Assembly (NCBI GenBank): GCA_003244255.1
Contig: QHCD01000006.1
Span: 18,894-82,893 of the forward strand
DNA from: Pseudonocardiales bacterium
Lineage (GTDB): Bacteria; Actinomycetota; Actinomycetes; Mycobacteriales; QHCD01
Length of the DNA: 64,000 nucleotides
Reading direction: 5' to 3'
Position numbers and translations under genes: made by a program. A model generated the notes under the pieces. That model was not told the DNA's origin, made no database searches, and saw nothing but the letters and a program-made list of their open reading frames with translations. Position 1 is the first letter of the stretch; each line of letters begins with the position of its first letter. Positions 16,727-26,621 of this stretch are shown here, piece by piece.

Positions 16727-18633
16727 TAGTCCTGCACTCCTACGGGCAGCGCGGCCATTTCCGCTGGCGTCAGGTACTTCGAGAGCTCGCCGCGGTCGAA
16801 CAGCCGGATCAGGTCGTCGGCCATCTTCGGCAGCGGCTGGTGGGCCAGTTCGATCCCGTCGCCAGCCGGCGCGATGCTGCATACCAGGTTCACCTGGCGC
16901 CACTCGGCGCTCATGGTCGGGTAGTCATCGCGGGTGTGACCGCCGCGGCTCTCCTGCCGCTCCAGCGCGGCGCGCGCGACGCATTCGCTGACCAGCAGCA
17001 TGTTGCGCAGGTCGAGCGCGAGATGCCAGCCGGGATTGAACTGCTGGTGGCCCTCGACCGTGAGCGTGGCGGCACGGTCCTTCAGCAGCTGCAGGCGGGA
17101 GAGCGCCTCACGCATCTCCGGCGCGGTGCGGATCAGGCCCACCAGGTCGTTCATCGACTGCTGGAGTTCCTGATGCAGCGAGTACGGGTTGTCGCCGCCT
17201 TCGCGGCCGAACGGCGCGACCGCGCGATTGCGCGCCGCGGTGACGTCGTCCTCGCTCACTGCCGGACGGTCGGTGCCGATCCTCGCGAGGTACTGTGCCG
17301 CGCCAGAGCCGGCGCGGCGCCCGAAGACGAGCAGGTCAGAGAGCGAGTTGCCGCCGAGGCGGTTGGAGCCGTGCATGCCGCCGGACACCTCGCCGGCCGC
17401 GAAGAGTCCGGGCACGTTGGCCGCGGCAGCGGTGTCCGGATCGACCTCGACGCCACCCATGACGTAATGGCAGGTCGGGCCGATCTCCATCGACTCCTTG
17501 GTGATGTCGACGTCGGCCAGCTCCTTGAACTGGTGGTACATCGACGGCAGCCGCTTGTGGATGAACTCGGGGGATCGGCGGGTCGCGATGTCGAGGAACA
17601 CCCCGCCGTGCTCGGTTCCGTGACCGGCCTTGATCTCGGAGTTGATCGCGCGGGCGACCTCGTCGCGGGGCAGCAGCTCGGGCGGACGGCGGTTGGAGTC
17701 TGGGTCGTCGTACCAGCCGTCGGCCTCTTCCTCGGTCTCGGCGTACTGCTTTCGGAAGACGTCGGGCACGTAGTCGAACATGAACCGGGAACCGGTGTCG
17801 TTGCGCAGCACGCCGCCGTCGCCGCGGACCGATTCGGTGACCAGGATTCCCTTGACCGACGGCGGCCAGACCATGCCGGTGGGATGGAACTGCACGAACT
17901 CCATGTTGATCAGCGTGGAGCCGGCGCGCAGGGCGAGCGCGTGGCCGTCACCGGTGTACTCCCAGGAGTTGGTGGTCACCTTGAACGACTTGCCGATGCC
18001 GCCGGTCGCCAGTACCACGGCCGGCGCGCAGAACACGAGGAACCGGCCGGTCTCGCGCCAGTAGGCGAACACGCCGGCGATCCGGCCGGAGCTGTCCTTC
18101 AACAGCTCGGTGACGGTGCACTCGGAGAAGACCTTGAGGTTGTCCTCGTAGTCGCCGGTGGCGGCGAAGTCGTCTTGCTGCAGCGACACGATCTTCTGCT
18201 GCATCGTGCGGATCAGCTCGAGACCGGTTCGGTCGCCGACGTGGGCGAGCCTCGGATACTCGTGCCCGCCGAAGTTGCGCTGGCTGATCTTGCCCTCGGG
18301 GGTGCGGTCGAACAGCGCGCCGTAGGTCTCGAGTTCCCAGATCCGGTCCGGCGCCTCCTTTGCGTGCAGCTCCGCCATTCGCGGGTTGTTCATGAACTTG
18401 CCGCCGCGCATGGTGTCGCGGAAATGCACCTGCCAGCTGTCGCGCGGGTTGGCGTTGCCCATCGCGGCCGCGGCGCCGCCCTCGGCCATCACGGTGTGGG
18501 CCTTGCCGAACAGCGACTTGCAGATGATCGCAGTCCGGCGGCCCTGCTCGCGCGCCTCGATCGCCGCGCGCAGTCCGGACCCTCCGGCGCCGATGATCAC
18601 GACGTCGTAGTCGTGGCGTTCCAGGTCGGTCAT
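16726..18633 (-). CDS. sdhA: Succinate dehydrogenase/fumarate reductase flavoprotein subunit
   Basis: 635 aa, with VVIIGAGGSGLRAAIEA (FAD), FVQFHPTG and ESRGGHTRDDYP blocks. Confidence 0.93.
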   Translation of the reverse strand: MTDLERHDYDVVIIGAGGSGLRAAIEAREQGRRTAIICKSLFGKAHTVMAEGGAAAAMGNANPRDSWQVHFRDTMRGGKFMNNPRMAELHAKEAPDRIWELETYGALFDRTPEGKISQRNFGGHEYPRLAHVGDRTGLELIRTMQQKIVSLQQDDFAATGDYEDNLKVFSECTVTELLKDSSGRIAGVFAYWRETGRFLVFCAPAVVLATGGIGKSFKVTTNSWEYTGDGHALALRAGSTLINMEFVQFHPTGMVWPPSVKGILVTESVRGDGGVLRNDTGSRFMFDYVPDVFRKQYAETEEEADGWYDDPDSNRRPPELLPRDEVARAINSEIKAGHGTEHGGVFLDIATRRSPEFIHKRLPSMYHQFKELADVDITKESMEIGPTCHYVMGGVEVDPDTAAAANVPGLFAAGEVSGGMHGSNRLGGNSLSDLLVFGRRAGSGAAQYLARIGTDRPAVSEDDVTAARNRAVAPFGREGGDNPYSLHQELQQSMNDLVGLIRTAPEMREALSRLQLLKDRAATLTVEGHQQFNPGWHLALDLRNMLLVSECVARAALERQESRGGHTRDDYPTMSAEWRQVNLVCSIAPAGDGIELAHQPLPKMADDLIRLFDRGELSKYLTPAEMAALPVGVQD

Positions 18634-18666
18634 GTCGGAGGATCCTTCGTCAGCCGGTGATGTCGG

Positions 18667-19464
18667 CTAGCTAATGATTCGGAGGTCGCTGAACGCCCCG
18701 GCAGCGAGCAGGGCGATGTAGGCGTCGGTGACGGCGAGGGTGACGAGCGTGCCGAGGGCCAGTTGCATGTGATAACCGTTCAGCTTGCTGACCCAACCCC
18801 AGAGCCGGTATCGCACCGGGTGCTCGGAGAAGTGGTTCAGCCGGCCACCCATGATGCTGCGACAGGTATGGCAGGACGCGGAGTAGCCCCACAGTCCGAC
18901 GACGTTGATCAGCATGATGATGTTGCCGAGCCCGAGTCCCTGGGTGAAGGAGTCGATCAGGTCGATCGTGTTGACCAGCGCGACCAGGGCCGCCAGGTAG
19001 AAGAAGTAGCGGTGCGAGTTCTGGATGACCAGCGGGAACCGTGTCTCACCGGAGTACCTGCGGTGCGGCTCGGCGACGGCGCACGCCGGCGGCGCCGCCC
19101 AGAACGACCGGTAGTAGGCCTTGCGGTAGTAGTAACAGGTCATCCGGAACCCGAGCAGGAACACCAGCGACACGATCGCGAACGGGATGATGATCGGGAA
19201 CCTCGGCAGCGGGCGGCCGAACAGCGCCGAATCAGGGGTGCACGACTTGGTCAGGCACGGCGAGTAGAACGGCGTCAGGTAGTGGTACTTCGCGACCCAG
19301 TAGTCGCTGTGCAGGCAGACCCGCACGGTCGCGTACACGACCCAGCCGAAGAGGAAGCCGAACGTCGCGAGCGGTGCGGCCCACCACCGGTCCGTACGCA
19401 ACGTCCGAACGCCGATCGACGCCCGGCCGGGCGCACGCACACCCGTCCCGCCACTGCTTGCCAT
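18667..19464 (-). CDS. Succinate dehydrogenase membrane anchor subunit (Rv0249c/Sdh1-type)
   Basis: 265 aa, polytopic and Tyr/Phe/Cys-rich. It is the first gene of the anchor-flavoprotein-FeS order that I recall for mycobacterial Sdh1 (Rv0249c-Rv0247c). Confidence 0.7.
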   Translation of the reverse strand: MASSGGTGVRAPGRASIGVRTLRTDRWWAAPLATFGFLFGWVVYATVRVCLHSDYWVAKYHYLTPFYSPCLTKSCTPDSALFGRPLPRFPIIIPFAIVSLVFLLGFRMTCYYYRKAYYRSFWAAPPACAVAEPHRRYSGETRFPLVIQNSHRYFFYLAALVALVNTIDLIDSFTQGLGLGNIIMLINVVGLWGYSASCHTCRSIMGGRLNHFSEHPVRYRLWGWVSKLNGYHMQLALGTLVTLAVTDAYIALLAAGAFSDLRIIS

Positions 19465-19827
19465 CTGCAGCTCCCACCCGGTCGTGATCAGCTGACTGCC
19501 GGTGGGTCAGTCTGCCCTGCAGCGTGCCACCAGACGAGGGGTGGCCGCCGTGGCGCTGGTCACGTCGGGCGGCGGCGCGCAGACGACGCAGGCTGGCGGG
19601 ATCGCCGATAGGCCAGGCGCGCCGTCGCGCACGGCCGATTGCGCGCGCGGGCTGCAGGAGCGGCGCAAGTCGGTCACCAAATGGTCACGATGTCGGTTCC
19701 GGGGTGTTGCCCCGTGCCGCGAGATATGTAGTGTCCCGCCCCAGCCGGTTCGGCCGGCCGTCATTCGCGTCTCGGCGCCCCCGCGACTTCCCGCGAGGCC
19801 GCGAGTCCACAAAGGAGGCCCTCAGTC

Positions 19828-21612
19828 GTGAGGTTCATTAGGAAAGGCGCGGTGGTCCTCGCGGTCACCGCGGCCAGCGCACTTGCGCTCAGCGCCTGCG
19901 CCGGCAACGGCGGTGGTGGCGGCGCCAAGAGCTCAGCCCCCAGCGGCGGCTCCAGCGCCCCGGTTCCCAGCACCGCGGTGCCCACCAGCGGCGCCCAGCA
20001 CGGCGGCACGCTGATCTACGGCTCCGAGCAGTACCCGGACAACTGGAACCCGGCGATCAACGCCGGCAACGCTGTCTCCACGGCCTGGGCTGAGGTGCAG
20101 ATCCTGCCCTCGCCGTACATCGTCAACCCGAGGTTCGACATCATCCCGGACAAGAACTTCAACGCCGAAGAGCCCCAGATCACCAGCCAGAACCCGTTCA
20201 CGATCACCTACAAGATCAACCCGAAGGCGGTCTGGAGCGACGGCCAGCCGATCACGTCGGATGACTTCAAGTTCCAGTGGCAGACCGAGAACCCCACCGA
20301 CCCCCTGTACGGCACCAAGGGCGGCGGCTGCGCCAGCATCGCGAGCAACATGGACAAGATCAAGTCCATCAGCGGCTCGGACAACAACAAGACCGTGACG
20401 GTCGTCTACAAGGCTCCGTTCCCGGACTGGAAGCTGCAGCTCACTACCCTCCTGCCCGCCCACCTGCTGAAGAAGGCCACGCCGAAGGCGACCTGTACCG
20501 CGTTCAACGCGGGCTGGCCCGCAACCTCGCCGCTGGCGTTCTCCGGCGGCCCGTGGATGATGAAGAGCGTCAACAAGACGCAGCAGACGTTCACCGAGAC
20601 CCCGAACCCGAAGTACTGGGGCCCGAAGCCGAACCTGTCACAGCTGATCTACAAGACGATCGGCTCGGACGCGCAGACCCTGCAGCAGGACCTGCAGAAC
20701 CAGGAAGTCCAGCTGATCTACCCGCAGCCGCAGCTCGACCTGATCCGGCTGATCAGCCAGCTACCGGACGTGCAGGCGCAGACCAGCTTCGGCCTGTCGT
20801 TCGAGCACATCGACTTCAACGTGACCAACAAGTTCCTCAAAGACGTGAACCTGCGGCGTGCGATCGGCATGGCGATTGACCGCCAGGGCCTGGTGAAGGC
20901 CACCGTCGGACAGTTCGACTCGCGGGCGAAGGTGGACAACAACCGCATCTTCGTCAACAACCAGCCCGGGTACAAGGACAACGCACCGAAGCAGTACGAC
21001 AAGGCCGACCCGGCCGCCGCGAAGAAGCTGCTCCAGCAGCACGGCTACACCTACTCGGGTTCGAACCTGATGGCGCCGCACGGCCTCGGCCACGTCGCGC
21101 TGAAGATCGTCACCACCTCGGGCAACCCGCTGCGGGCGGAGACCGAAACCCTGGTGAAGGCCCAGCTGGCCACCATCGGTATCGCCGTCACCACGGTGCA
21201 GCGCGACGCGAGCATCTGGTTCGGTGACAACACCCAGCAGGGCAGCCTGAACGCGGGTGACTTCGACATGGGGCTCTACGCATGGGTCGCCAGCCCGCTG
21301 CTCACCGGCAACCAGTCGATCTACGCCTGCGTGCCGAACAACAACCGTGCGCTCGGTGCGCAGAACTCCGGCCTCGGTTGTGACAAGACGGTGGACCAGA
21401 CCATCGCGAAGGCAGTTGTGACGGTGCCGCCGGACCAGCAGATCGCCCTGTGGAACCAGATCGACACCCAGTTGTGGAACGACATGTTCACCCTCCCCCT
21501 CTACCAGAAGCCGACGTTCATCGCGTACAGCAAGAAGTACGGCAACATCGCTGACAACGCCTCGAGCACCGGCCCGCTGTGGAACTCCCAGCTCTGGTAC
21601 CGGAAGCAGTAA
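19828..21612 (+). CDS. ABC transporter substrate-binding lipoprotein, peptide/nickel family 5 (DppA/OppA-like)
   Basis: GTG start with AAGGAGG 8 nt upstream. It has the lipobox LALSAC and a 594-aa family-5 SBP architecture. Confidence 0.9.
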   Translation: MRFIRKGAVVLAVTAASALALSACAGNGGGGGAKSSAPSGGSSAPVPSTAVPTSGAQHGGTLIYGSEQYPDNWNPAINAGNAVSTAWAEVQILPSPYIVNPRFDIIPDKNFNAEEPQITSQNPFTITYKINPKAVWSDGQPITSDDFKFQWQTENPTDPLYGTKGGGCASIASNMDKIKSISGSDNNKTVTVVYKAPFPDWKLQLTTLLPAHLLKKATPKATCTAFNAGWPATSPLAFSGGPWMMKSVNKTQQTFTETPNPKYWGPKPNLSQLIYKTIGSDAQTLQQDLQNQEVQLIYPQPQLDLIRLISQLPDVQAQTSFGLSFEHIDFNVTNKFLKDVNLRRAIGMAIDRQGLVKATVGQFDSRAKVDNNRIFVNNQPGYKDNAPKQYDKADPAAAKKLLQQHGYTYSGSNLMAPHGLGHVALKIVTTSGNPLRAETETLVKAQLATIGIAVTTVQRDASIWFGDNTQQGSLNAGDFDMGLYAWVASPLLTGNQSIYACVPNNNRALGAQNSGLGCDKTVDQTIAKAVVTVPPDQQIALWNQIDTQLWNDMFTLPLYQKPTFIAYSKKYGNIADNASSTGPLWNSQLWYRKQ

Positions 21613-21626
21613 CCGGCTCAAGGATC

Positions 21627-21668
21627 GCTGGCCCGCGCCTCCGCCTTCCAGGCGGGGCGCGGGCCAGC
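21627..21668 (+). terminator. Strong GC hairpin directly after the SBP gene (intra-operon attenuator/terminator)
   Basis: gctggcccgcgcctccgcc-ttcca-ggcggggcgcgggccagc: an 18-19-bp stem with one mismatch, 15 nt after the stop. There is no U tract. Such hairpins are common after ABC SBP genes. Confidence 0.45.
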
Positions 21669-21761
21669 GGCCTACCCGGCGTCGCACCGCCAGGCCACGG
21701 CCAGGCACGGCATTCGGATGCCTCATCTGGGCCTGCCGTGGCGGGGCGCGCTGGGGTAGCG

Positions 21762-21801
21762 TGATCCGTGCAGCAACACCCTGATCCGCCCAGCAACACC
21801 C
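21762..21801 (+). repeat. 2 x 20-bp tandem direct repeat (tgatccgNNcagcaacaccc) upstream of the first permease gene
   Basis: 21762-21781 and 21782-21801 match at 18 of 20 positions. The repeat lies 70 nt upstream of ATG 21872. Confidence 0.85.
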
Positions 21802-21871
21802 GGACCGGAACCCCCGGGACCCTGCGACGAGCCGTCCGCCCACGGCCTCCTCGTTCGCATTTACGGAAGGT

Positions 21872-22855
21872 ATGGCGATGCTGCCTTACATCATCCGGCG
21901 GCTGGCAATTTCGGTCGTCGTACTGCTGGTGAGCACGTTCATGGTCTTCTATCTCGTCGCGAAGAGCGGTAACCCGCTCTCGACGCTCGCCACCCGGCAG
22001 CCGCCGCCGCCGCGTTCCACCATCCTCGCGCTGCGCCACCAGCTGCACCTGGACTCCTCGATCCCGGTTCGTTACTGGTACTGGCTGCGCGACGCCGTGC
22101 AGGGAAACTTCGGCCACGACCTGGGCGGCGCGAGCGTCACCAGCGAGTTGAGCAGCCGGCTGGGCGTCACCACCCGGCTGATCTTCGCCGCAGTGGTGCT
22201 GGCGCTGATCCTGGCGCTGGTCACCGGCGTGCTGTCGGCGGTGAAGCAGTACAGCGTGATGGACTACGCGTCGACCTTCGTCAGCTTCCTGCTCATCTCG
22301 ATCCCGACGTTCTGGTTCGCCGGCGTGCTGAAGGACATCGGCATCCGGATCAACCAGGGCGCCGGCAGCCGCATCTTCTCCGTCTCCGGCGAGGTCACCC
22401 CCGATTACCACGGCGGCTTCTTCGGCGGCCTCTCCGACCGGCTCAGCCACCTGATCCTGCCGACGATCTCGCTGGCCATGCTCACCTACGCCGTCTGGAG
22501 CCGGTACCTGCGCGCCACGATGCTCGACGTGCTGAACGCCGACTACATGCGGCTGGCCCGGGCGAAGGGCGTGCGCTGGGGCCGGGTGCTGGTGCGGCAC
22601 GGCCTGCGGACCGCGCTGATCCCGTTCACCACCGTCGTCGCCGTCACCTTCAGCGCCCTGGTCGGCGGCACGGTAATCACCGAGACGATCTTCGACTGGC
22701 ACGGCATGGGCGAGTGGCTGGTGCAGAGCCTGGGCAAGACCGACATCAACCCGGTGCTCGCCTACCTGTTCGTCACGGCCATCGCGGTCGTGGTCTTCAA
22801 CCTGATCGCCGACATCCTCTACGCCGTGCTCGACCCGAGGATTCGCCTTGCCTAG
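21872..22855 (+). CDS. ABC transporter permease (DppB/OppB-like)
   Basis: 327 aa with 6 TM helices and the N-terminal motif YIIRRLAISVVVLLVSTFMVF typical of DppB/OppB. Confidence 0.9.
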   Translation: MAMLPYIIRRLAISVVVLLVSTFMVFYLVAKSGNPLSTLATRQPPPPRSTILALRHQLHLDSSIPVRYWYWLRDAVQGNFGHDLGGASVTSELSSRLGVTTRLIFAAVVLALILALVTGVLSAVKQYSVMDYASTFVSFLLISIPTFWFAGVLKDIGIRINQGAGSRIFSVSGEVTPDYHGGFFGGLSDRLSHLILPTISLAMLTYAVWSRYLRATMLDVLNADYMRLARAKGVRWGRVLVRHGLRTALIPFTTVVAVTFSALVGGTVITETIFDWHGMGEWLVQSLGKTDINPVLAYLFVTAIAVVVFNLIADILYAVLDPRIRLA

Positions 22856-22906
22856 GCAGCGCGGCCAGCGGGCCGCAACCGTCCCGTTCGCGGAGGTCGA
22901 CCGAGC

Positions 22907-23815
22907 ATGACCACCATCGCCCCCCCGCGCGCCACCGCGGCCGAACGCGAGTTCACCGTCGCAGCCAAGACCCAGTGGCAGTTGATTCGCGCGCGGTTCC
23001 TCGCCCACCGCCCGGCCATGATCGGCCTGACGATCCTGGTCGGCCTGATCATCGCGGCCTACGTCGTTCCGTACTTCTACCCGTTCAAGTCCCAGGCCAT
23101 CAACTACAACGCGCTGTCGAAGGCGCCCTATGCGCACCACATCCTGGGCACCGACACGCTGGGCCAGGACCTCTTCGCCGAGATCCTGGCGGGCATCCAG
23201 ACGTCGTTCCAGGTGGCGCTGTTGGCCGTGGCCGTGGGCGAGTCGGTCGGCGTCGTGATCGGGCTGGTCGCCGGCTTCTACCGCGGCCCGATCGACTCGA
23301 TCCTGATGCGGCTGACCGACATCGTGCTCACCATCCCGATCTTCGTTCTGGTCGCCGTGCTCGCGCAGGTCAGCGGCGGCAACTGGTGGTCGATCGCGCT
23401 GATCATCGGCGGCACCGCCTGGACGGTCACCGCGCGGCTGGTGCGCAGCGTCGTGCTGTCGCTGCGCGAGCGCGAGTACATCGAGGCCGCCCGCTCCCTC
23501 GGCGCCTCGGACAGCAGGATCCTGTTCCGGCACCTGCTGCCGAACAGCCTCGGCGTGATCGTCGTCGACTCCACGCTGAACTTCGCCGCCGCCATCCTGG
23601 TCGAGGCCGCGCTGTCGTTCCTTGGCTTCGGCATCCACCCGCCGCGGGTGTCCCTCGGCGGCCTGCTGACCAGCGGCGTCAACGCCGCCCAGACCCGCCC
23701 CTGGCTGTTCTACTTCCCAGGCATCGTGCTGGTGATCATGGTGCTCTGCGTCAACTTCGTCGGAGACGGCGTGCGCGACGCGTTCGACCCGACAGCGAAC
23801 CGGGTCCGCGCCTGA
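22907..23815 (+). CDS. ABC transporter permease (DppC/OppC-like)
   Basis: 302 aa, with HILGTDTLGQDLF and the EAA-loop region EYIEAARSLGASDSRILFRHLLPN. Confidence 0.9.
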   Translation: MTTIAPPRATAAEREFTVAAKTQWQLIRARFLAHRPAMIGLTILVGLIIAAYVVPYFYPFKSQAINYNALSKAPYAHHILGTDTLGQDLFAEILAGIQTSFQVALLAVAVGESVGVVIGLVAGFYRGPIDSILMRLTDIVLTIPIFVLVAVLAQVSGGNWWSIALIIGGTAWTVTARLVRSVVLSLREREYIEAARSLGASDSRILFRHLLPNSLGVIVVDSTLNFAAAILVEAALSFLGFGIHPPRVSLGGLLTSGVNAAQTRPWLFYFPGIVLVIMVLCVNFVGDGVRDAFDPTANRVRA

Positions 23816-23867
23816 TGGCGCGAACCGCCGGGCCGAGCCGACCTGCAGTCGACCGCGAGGAGAGCCG

Positions 23868-25118
23868 GTGACGGAGCTGCTCGACGTCCGGGACGGGACC
23901 GATCCCGGCACATCGGTGGCGGTGCTCGACGTCGACGACCTCAACGTCCGGTTCCCCACCTCCGACGGCGTCGTGCACGCCGTGCGCGGGGTGTCCTACC
24001 GGCTGCAGCCCGGCGAGGTGCTGGGGATCGTCGGCGAGTCCGGCTCCGGCAAGTCGGTCACCTCGATGGCCGTGATGGGCCTGCTCGGGAAGTCGGCCCG
24101 GGTCACCGGATCCATCAAGTTCCGTGGCCGCGAACTGCTGGGCATGGGCGATCGCGACATGAGCGGCGTGCGCGGGCGCGGCATCGCGATGGTCTTCCAA
24201 GATCCGATGACGTCGCTGAACCCCGTTTACAAGATCGGCCACCAGCTCGCGGAGGCGCTGCAGACCCACGTGCCGGACATGAGCGACGACGATGCCCGCC
24301 GGCGCAGCCTCGAACTGCTCGATCTGGTCGGCATCCCCGACGCCAAGCAGCGGGTCGACCAGTACCCGCACGAGTTCTCCGGCGGCATGCGGCAGCGCGT
24401 GGTCATCGCCATCGCGATGGCGAACCAACCCGACGTCATCATCGCCGACGAGCCGACCACCGCGCTGGACGTGACGGTGCAGGCCCAGGTGCTCGACGTC
24501 CTCCGCGCCGCGCAGCGGGAGACCCATTCCGCGATCGTGCTCATCACCCACGACCTCGGCGTCGTGGCCGGTATGGCCGACCGGGTGATGGTCATGTACG
24601 CCGGCCGGCCGGTCGAACTCGGCAGCGTCGAGGACATCTACTATCGGCCGCGGATGCCCTACACCGTCGGCCTGCTCGGATCGCTGCCGCGCGTCGACAT
24701 CGGCGAGCGGCAGCGGCTGACCCCGATCCAGGGCAGCCCGCCGTCACTGCTGAACCTGCCGCCAGGCTGTCCGTTCACGCCGCGCTGCCCGATGAGCCGG
24801 CCCAACTGCGAGACCGAGGAGCCGCTCTTCCGGTCGGTCGGCGCCGAACACGGCGCCGCCTGCCATTACAGCGAGGAGCTGCGCGACCTCGAGCACAGCG
24901 CGGAGATCTTCGACGTCACCTCCACCGACGCCGGACTGCCGTCCGACGACGGCCCGCAGGCGATCGATCCGCTCAAGGACGGGCCGGTCGGGTCGACACC
25001 CGAGCCGCCCCGCGACGACGACGACGGCGCGCGCATCCCGACCTCAGAGCTGGGCACGCCGGCAGGCGACAGGCCACACCTCGAAGCGCCGGCCAACGAA
25101 GGGCCGGGGTACCAGTGA
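23868..25118 (+). CDS. ABC transporter ATP-binding protein (DppD/OppD-like) with a roughly 83-aa acidic/Pro-rich C-terminal tail
   Basis: Walker A GESGSGKS, signature FSGGMRQR and Walker B IIADEPTTALD are present, followed by the oligopeptide C-terminal Cys motif (CPFTPRCP). A disordered tail follows. Confidence 0.9.
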   Translation: MTELLDVRDGTDPGTSVAVLDVDDLNVRFPTSDGVVHAVRGVSYRLQPGEVLGIVGESGSGKSVTSMAVMGLLGKSARVTGSIKFRGRELLGMGDRDMSGVRGRGIAMVFQDPMTSLNPVYKIGHQLAEALQTHVPDMSDDDARRRSLELLDLVGIPDAKQRVDQYPHEFSGGMRQRVVIAIAMANQPDVIIADEPTTALDVTVQAQVLDVLRAAQRETHSAIVLITHDLGVVAGMADRVMVMYAGRPVELGSVEDIYYRPRMPYTVGLLGSLPRVDIGERQRLTPIQGSPPSLLNLPPGCPFTPRCPMSRPNCETEEPLFRSVGAEHGAACHYSEELRDLEHSAEIFDVTSTDAGLPSDDGPQAIDPLKDGPVGSTPEPPRDDDDGARIPTSELGTPAGDRPHLEAPANEGPGYQ

Positions 25119-26167
25119 TGACCACGACCGCCGAACGCACCCCGGGTCCCGACGACGACCTGATCATGAAGGTCACCGACGTCGAGAAGTACTTCCCGAT
25201 CATGAGCAAGGGCGTGATCCGGCACCATGTCGGAGATGTCAAGGCTGTCGACGGAATCTCGTTCAACCTGCGCCGCAACGAGACGCTCGGGCTGGTCGGC
25301 GAATCCGGCTGCGGCAAGTCCACCACGGGCCGCGCCCTGCTGCACCTGCAGCCGGCCACGGCCGGCTCGATCGTCTTCGACGGCCACGAGCTCACGACCC
25401 TGTCCCAACGGGCCATGCGTCCGCTGCGGCGGGACATCCAGATCGTCTTCCAGGACCCGTATGCATCGCTCGATCCCCGGATGCCTGTCAACTCCATCGT
25501 CGGCGAGGCCATGCGCATCCACGGGCTGTGGAACAAGGAGAGCACGGAGCGCATCCGCGTCCTGCTCGGCCTGGTCGGGCTGAACCCGGAGCACGGCAAC
25601 CGGTTCCCGCACGAGTTCTCCGGGGGTCAGCGCCAGCGCATCGGCATCGCTCGCGCACTCGCCCTCGAGCCGAAGGTGCTGGTCCTGGATGAGCCGGTCT
25701 CGGCGCTCGACGTGTCCATCCAGGCGGGTGTCATCAACCTGCTCGAGGACCTGAAGAACCGGCTGGGGCTGGCCTACATCTTCATCGCGCACGACCTCTC
25801 GGTGGTCCGGCACATCTCCGACCGGGTCGCCGTCATGTACCTCGGCAAGATCGTCGAGATCGCCGACACGAGCGAGCTGTTCGAACGGCCGGCGCACCCG
25901 TACACGCAGTCGCTGCTGTCGGCGATCCCGCTGCCCGATCCGCGCCGCGAACGGGCCAGGGAGCGGATCCTGCTCACCGGCGACGTGCCGAGCCCGGCCA
26001 ATCCGCCGTCCGGCTGCCGGTTCCGGACCCGCTGCCCGAAGTTCGCCAACCAGCTCGACGACAGCCAGCGCGAGCAGTGTGTCAACGAGATACCGGCCCT
26101 GGACGACCGCGGCATGGGTCATGACGTCGCGTGCCACTACGCCGAAGTCGTCGACATTCTCGCGTGA
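25115..26167 (+). CDS. ABC transporter ATP-binding protein (DppF/OppF-like)
   Basis: GESGCGKST, FSGGQRQRIGIARAL, LVLDEPVSALD and the C-terminal CRFRTRCP are present. The start overlaps the upstream stop. Confidence 0.9.
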   Translation: MMTTTAERTPGPDDDLIMKVTDVEKYFPIMSKGVIRHHVGDVKAVDGISFNLRRNETLGLVGESGCGKSTTGRALLHLQPATAGSIVFDGHELTTLSQRAMRPLRRDIQIVFQDPYASLDPRMPVNSIVGEAMRIHGLWNKESTERIRVLLGLVGLNPEHGNRFPHEFSGGQRQRIGIARALALEPKVLVLDEPVSALDVSIQAGVINLLEDLKNRLGLAYIFIAHDLSVVRHISDRVAVMYLGKIVEIADTSELFERPAHPYTQSLLSAIPLPDPRRERARERILLTGDVPSPANPPSGCRFRTRCPKFANQLDDSQREQCVNEIPALDDRGMGHDVACHYAEVVDILA

Positions 26168-26225
26168 CGTCGCCCTGAGGCGTCCTCCGGCGCCGTCCCC
26201 CGGCGGCGGACGGCGGGGAATCGGC

Positions 26226-26612
26226 ATGACGAACGCGAGCGCAGCCGACCGTGTGCTGGCCGGGGGACTCGTCGCGATCGGCGTCGTGATCGTCAGCGTC
26301 GTCGAGTGCTTCCTGGTGATGTTCTACGTCGGCTCGGTGCCGTTGCCCATCGCGCAGCTGCTCGTCGTGATCACCAATACGGCCGGGCCGTGGGCGATGC
26401 GCAGGCTCACCGGTCGAGGCTGGGCGGCGTTGATCGCAGTCGCCGCGTGGCTGGTGGTCGTGTTGTCGCTGACGTCGTCCGGTCCCGGCGGCGACGTCGT
26501 CATACCCGGCAACTGGCAGGGGCTGACTTATCTGGTGGCCGGCATGGTCTCGGCGCTCTTCGGGATGTTCCTCACCAGCGCCGGCGGACTCGGCATCCTG
26601 CGCCGCCGGTAG
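26226..26612 (+). CDS. Hypothetical 4-TM membrane protein
   Basis: ATG 26226 within ORF 26079..26612. It has four hydrophobic segments and no recognisable family. Confidence 0.5.
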   Translation: MTNASAADRVLAGGLVAIGVVIVSVVECFLVMFYVGSVPLPIAQLLVVITNTAGPWAMRRLTGRGWAALIAVAAWLVVVLSLTSSGPGGDVVIPGNWQGLTYLVAGMVSALFGMFLTSAGGLGILRRR

Positions 26613-26621
26613 GGTCTGCGG

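Noticed and set aside
19672-19688. Direct repeat GGTCAC-N5-GGTCAC in the 363-bp sdh/dpp divergent intergenic region
   Set aside because: A 6-mer repeated once is expected by chance in GC-rich DNA, and I recall no matching regulator motif. It is noted only as a possible operator.
21518-23959. 813-aa minus-strand ORF spanning the dpp permease genes
   Set aside because: It is antisense to two unmistakable ABC permease genes. The translation is Arg/Gly/Asp/His/Pro low-complexity, typical of stop-free antisense frames in about 70% GC DNA. It has no RBS or motif.
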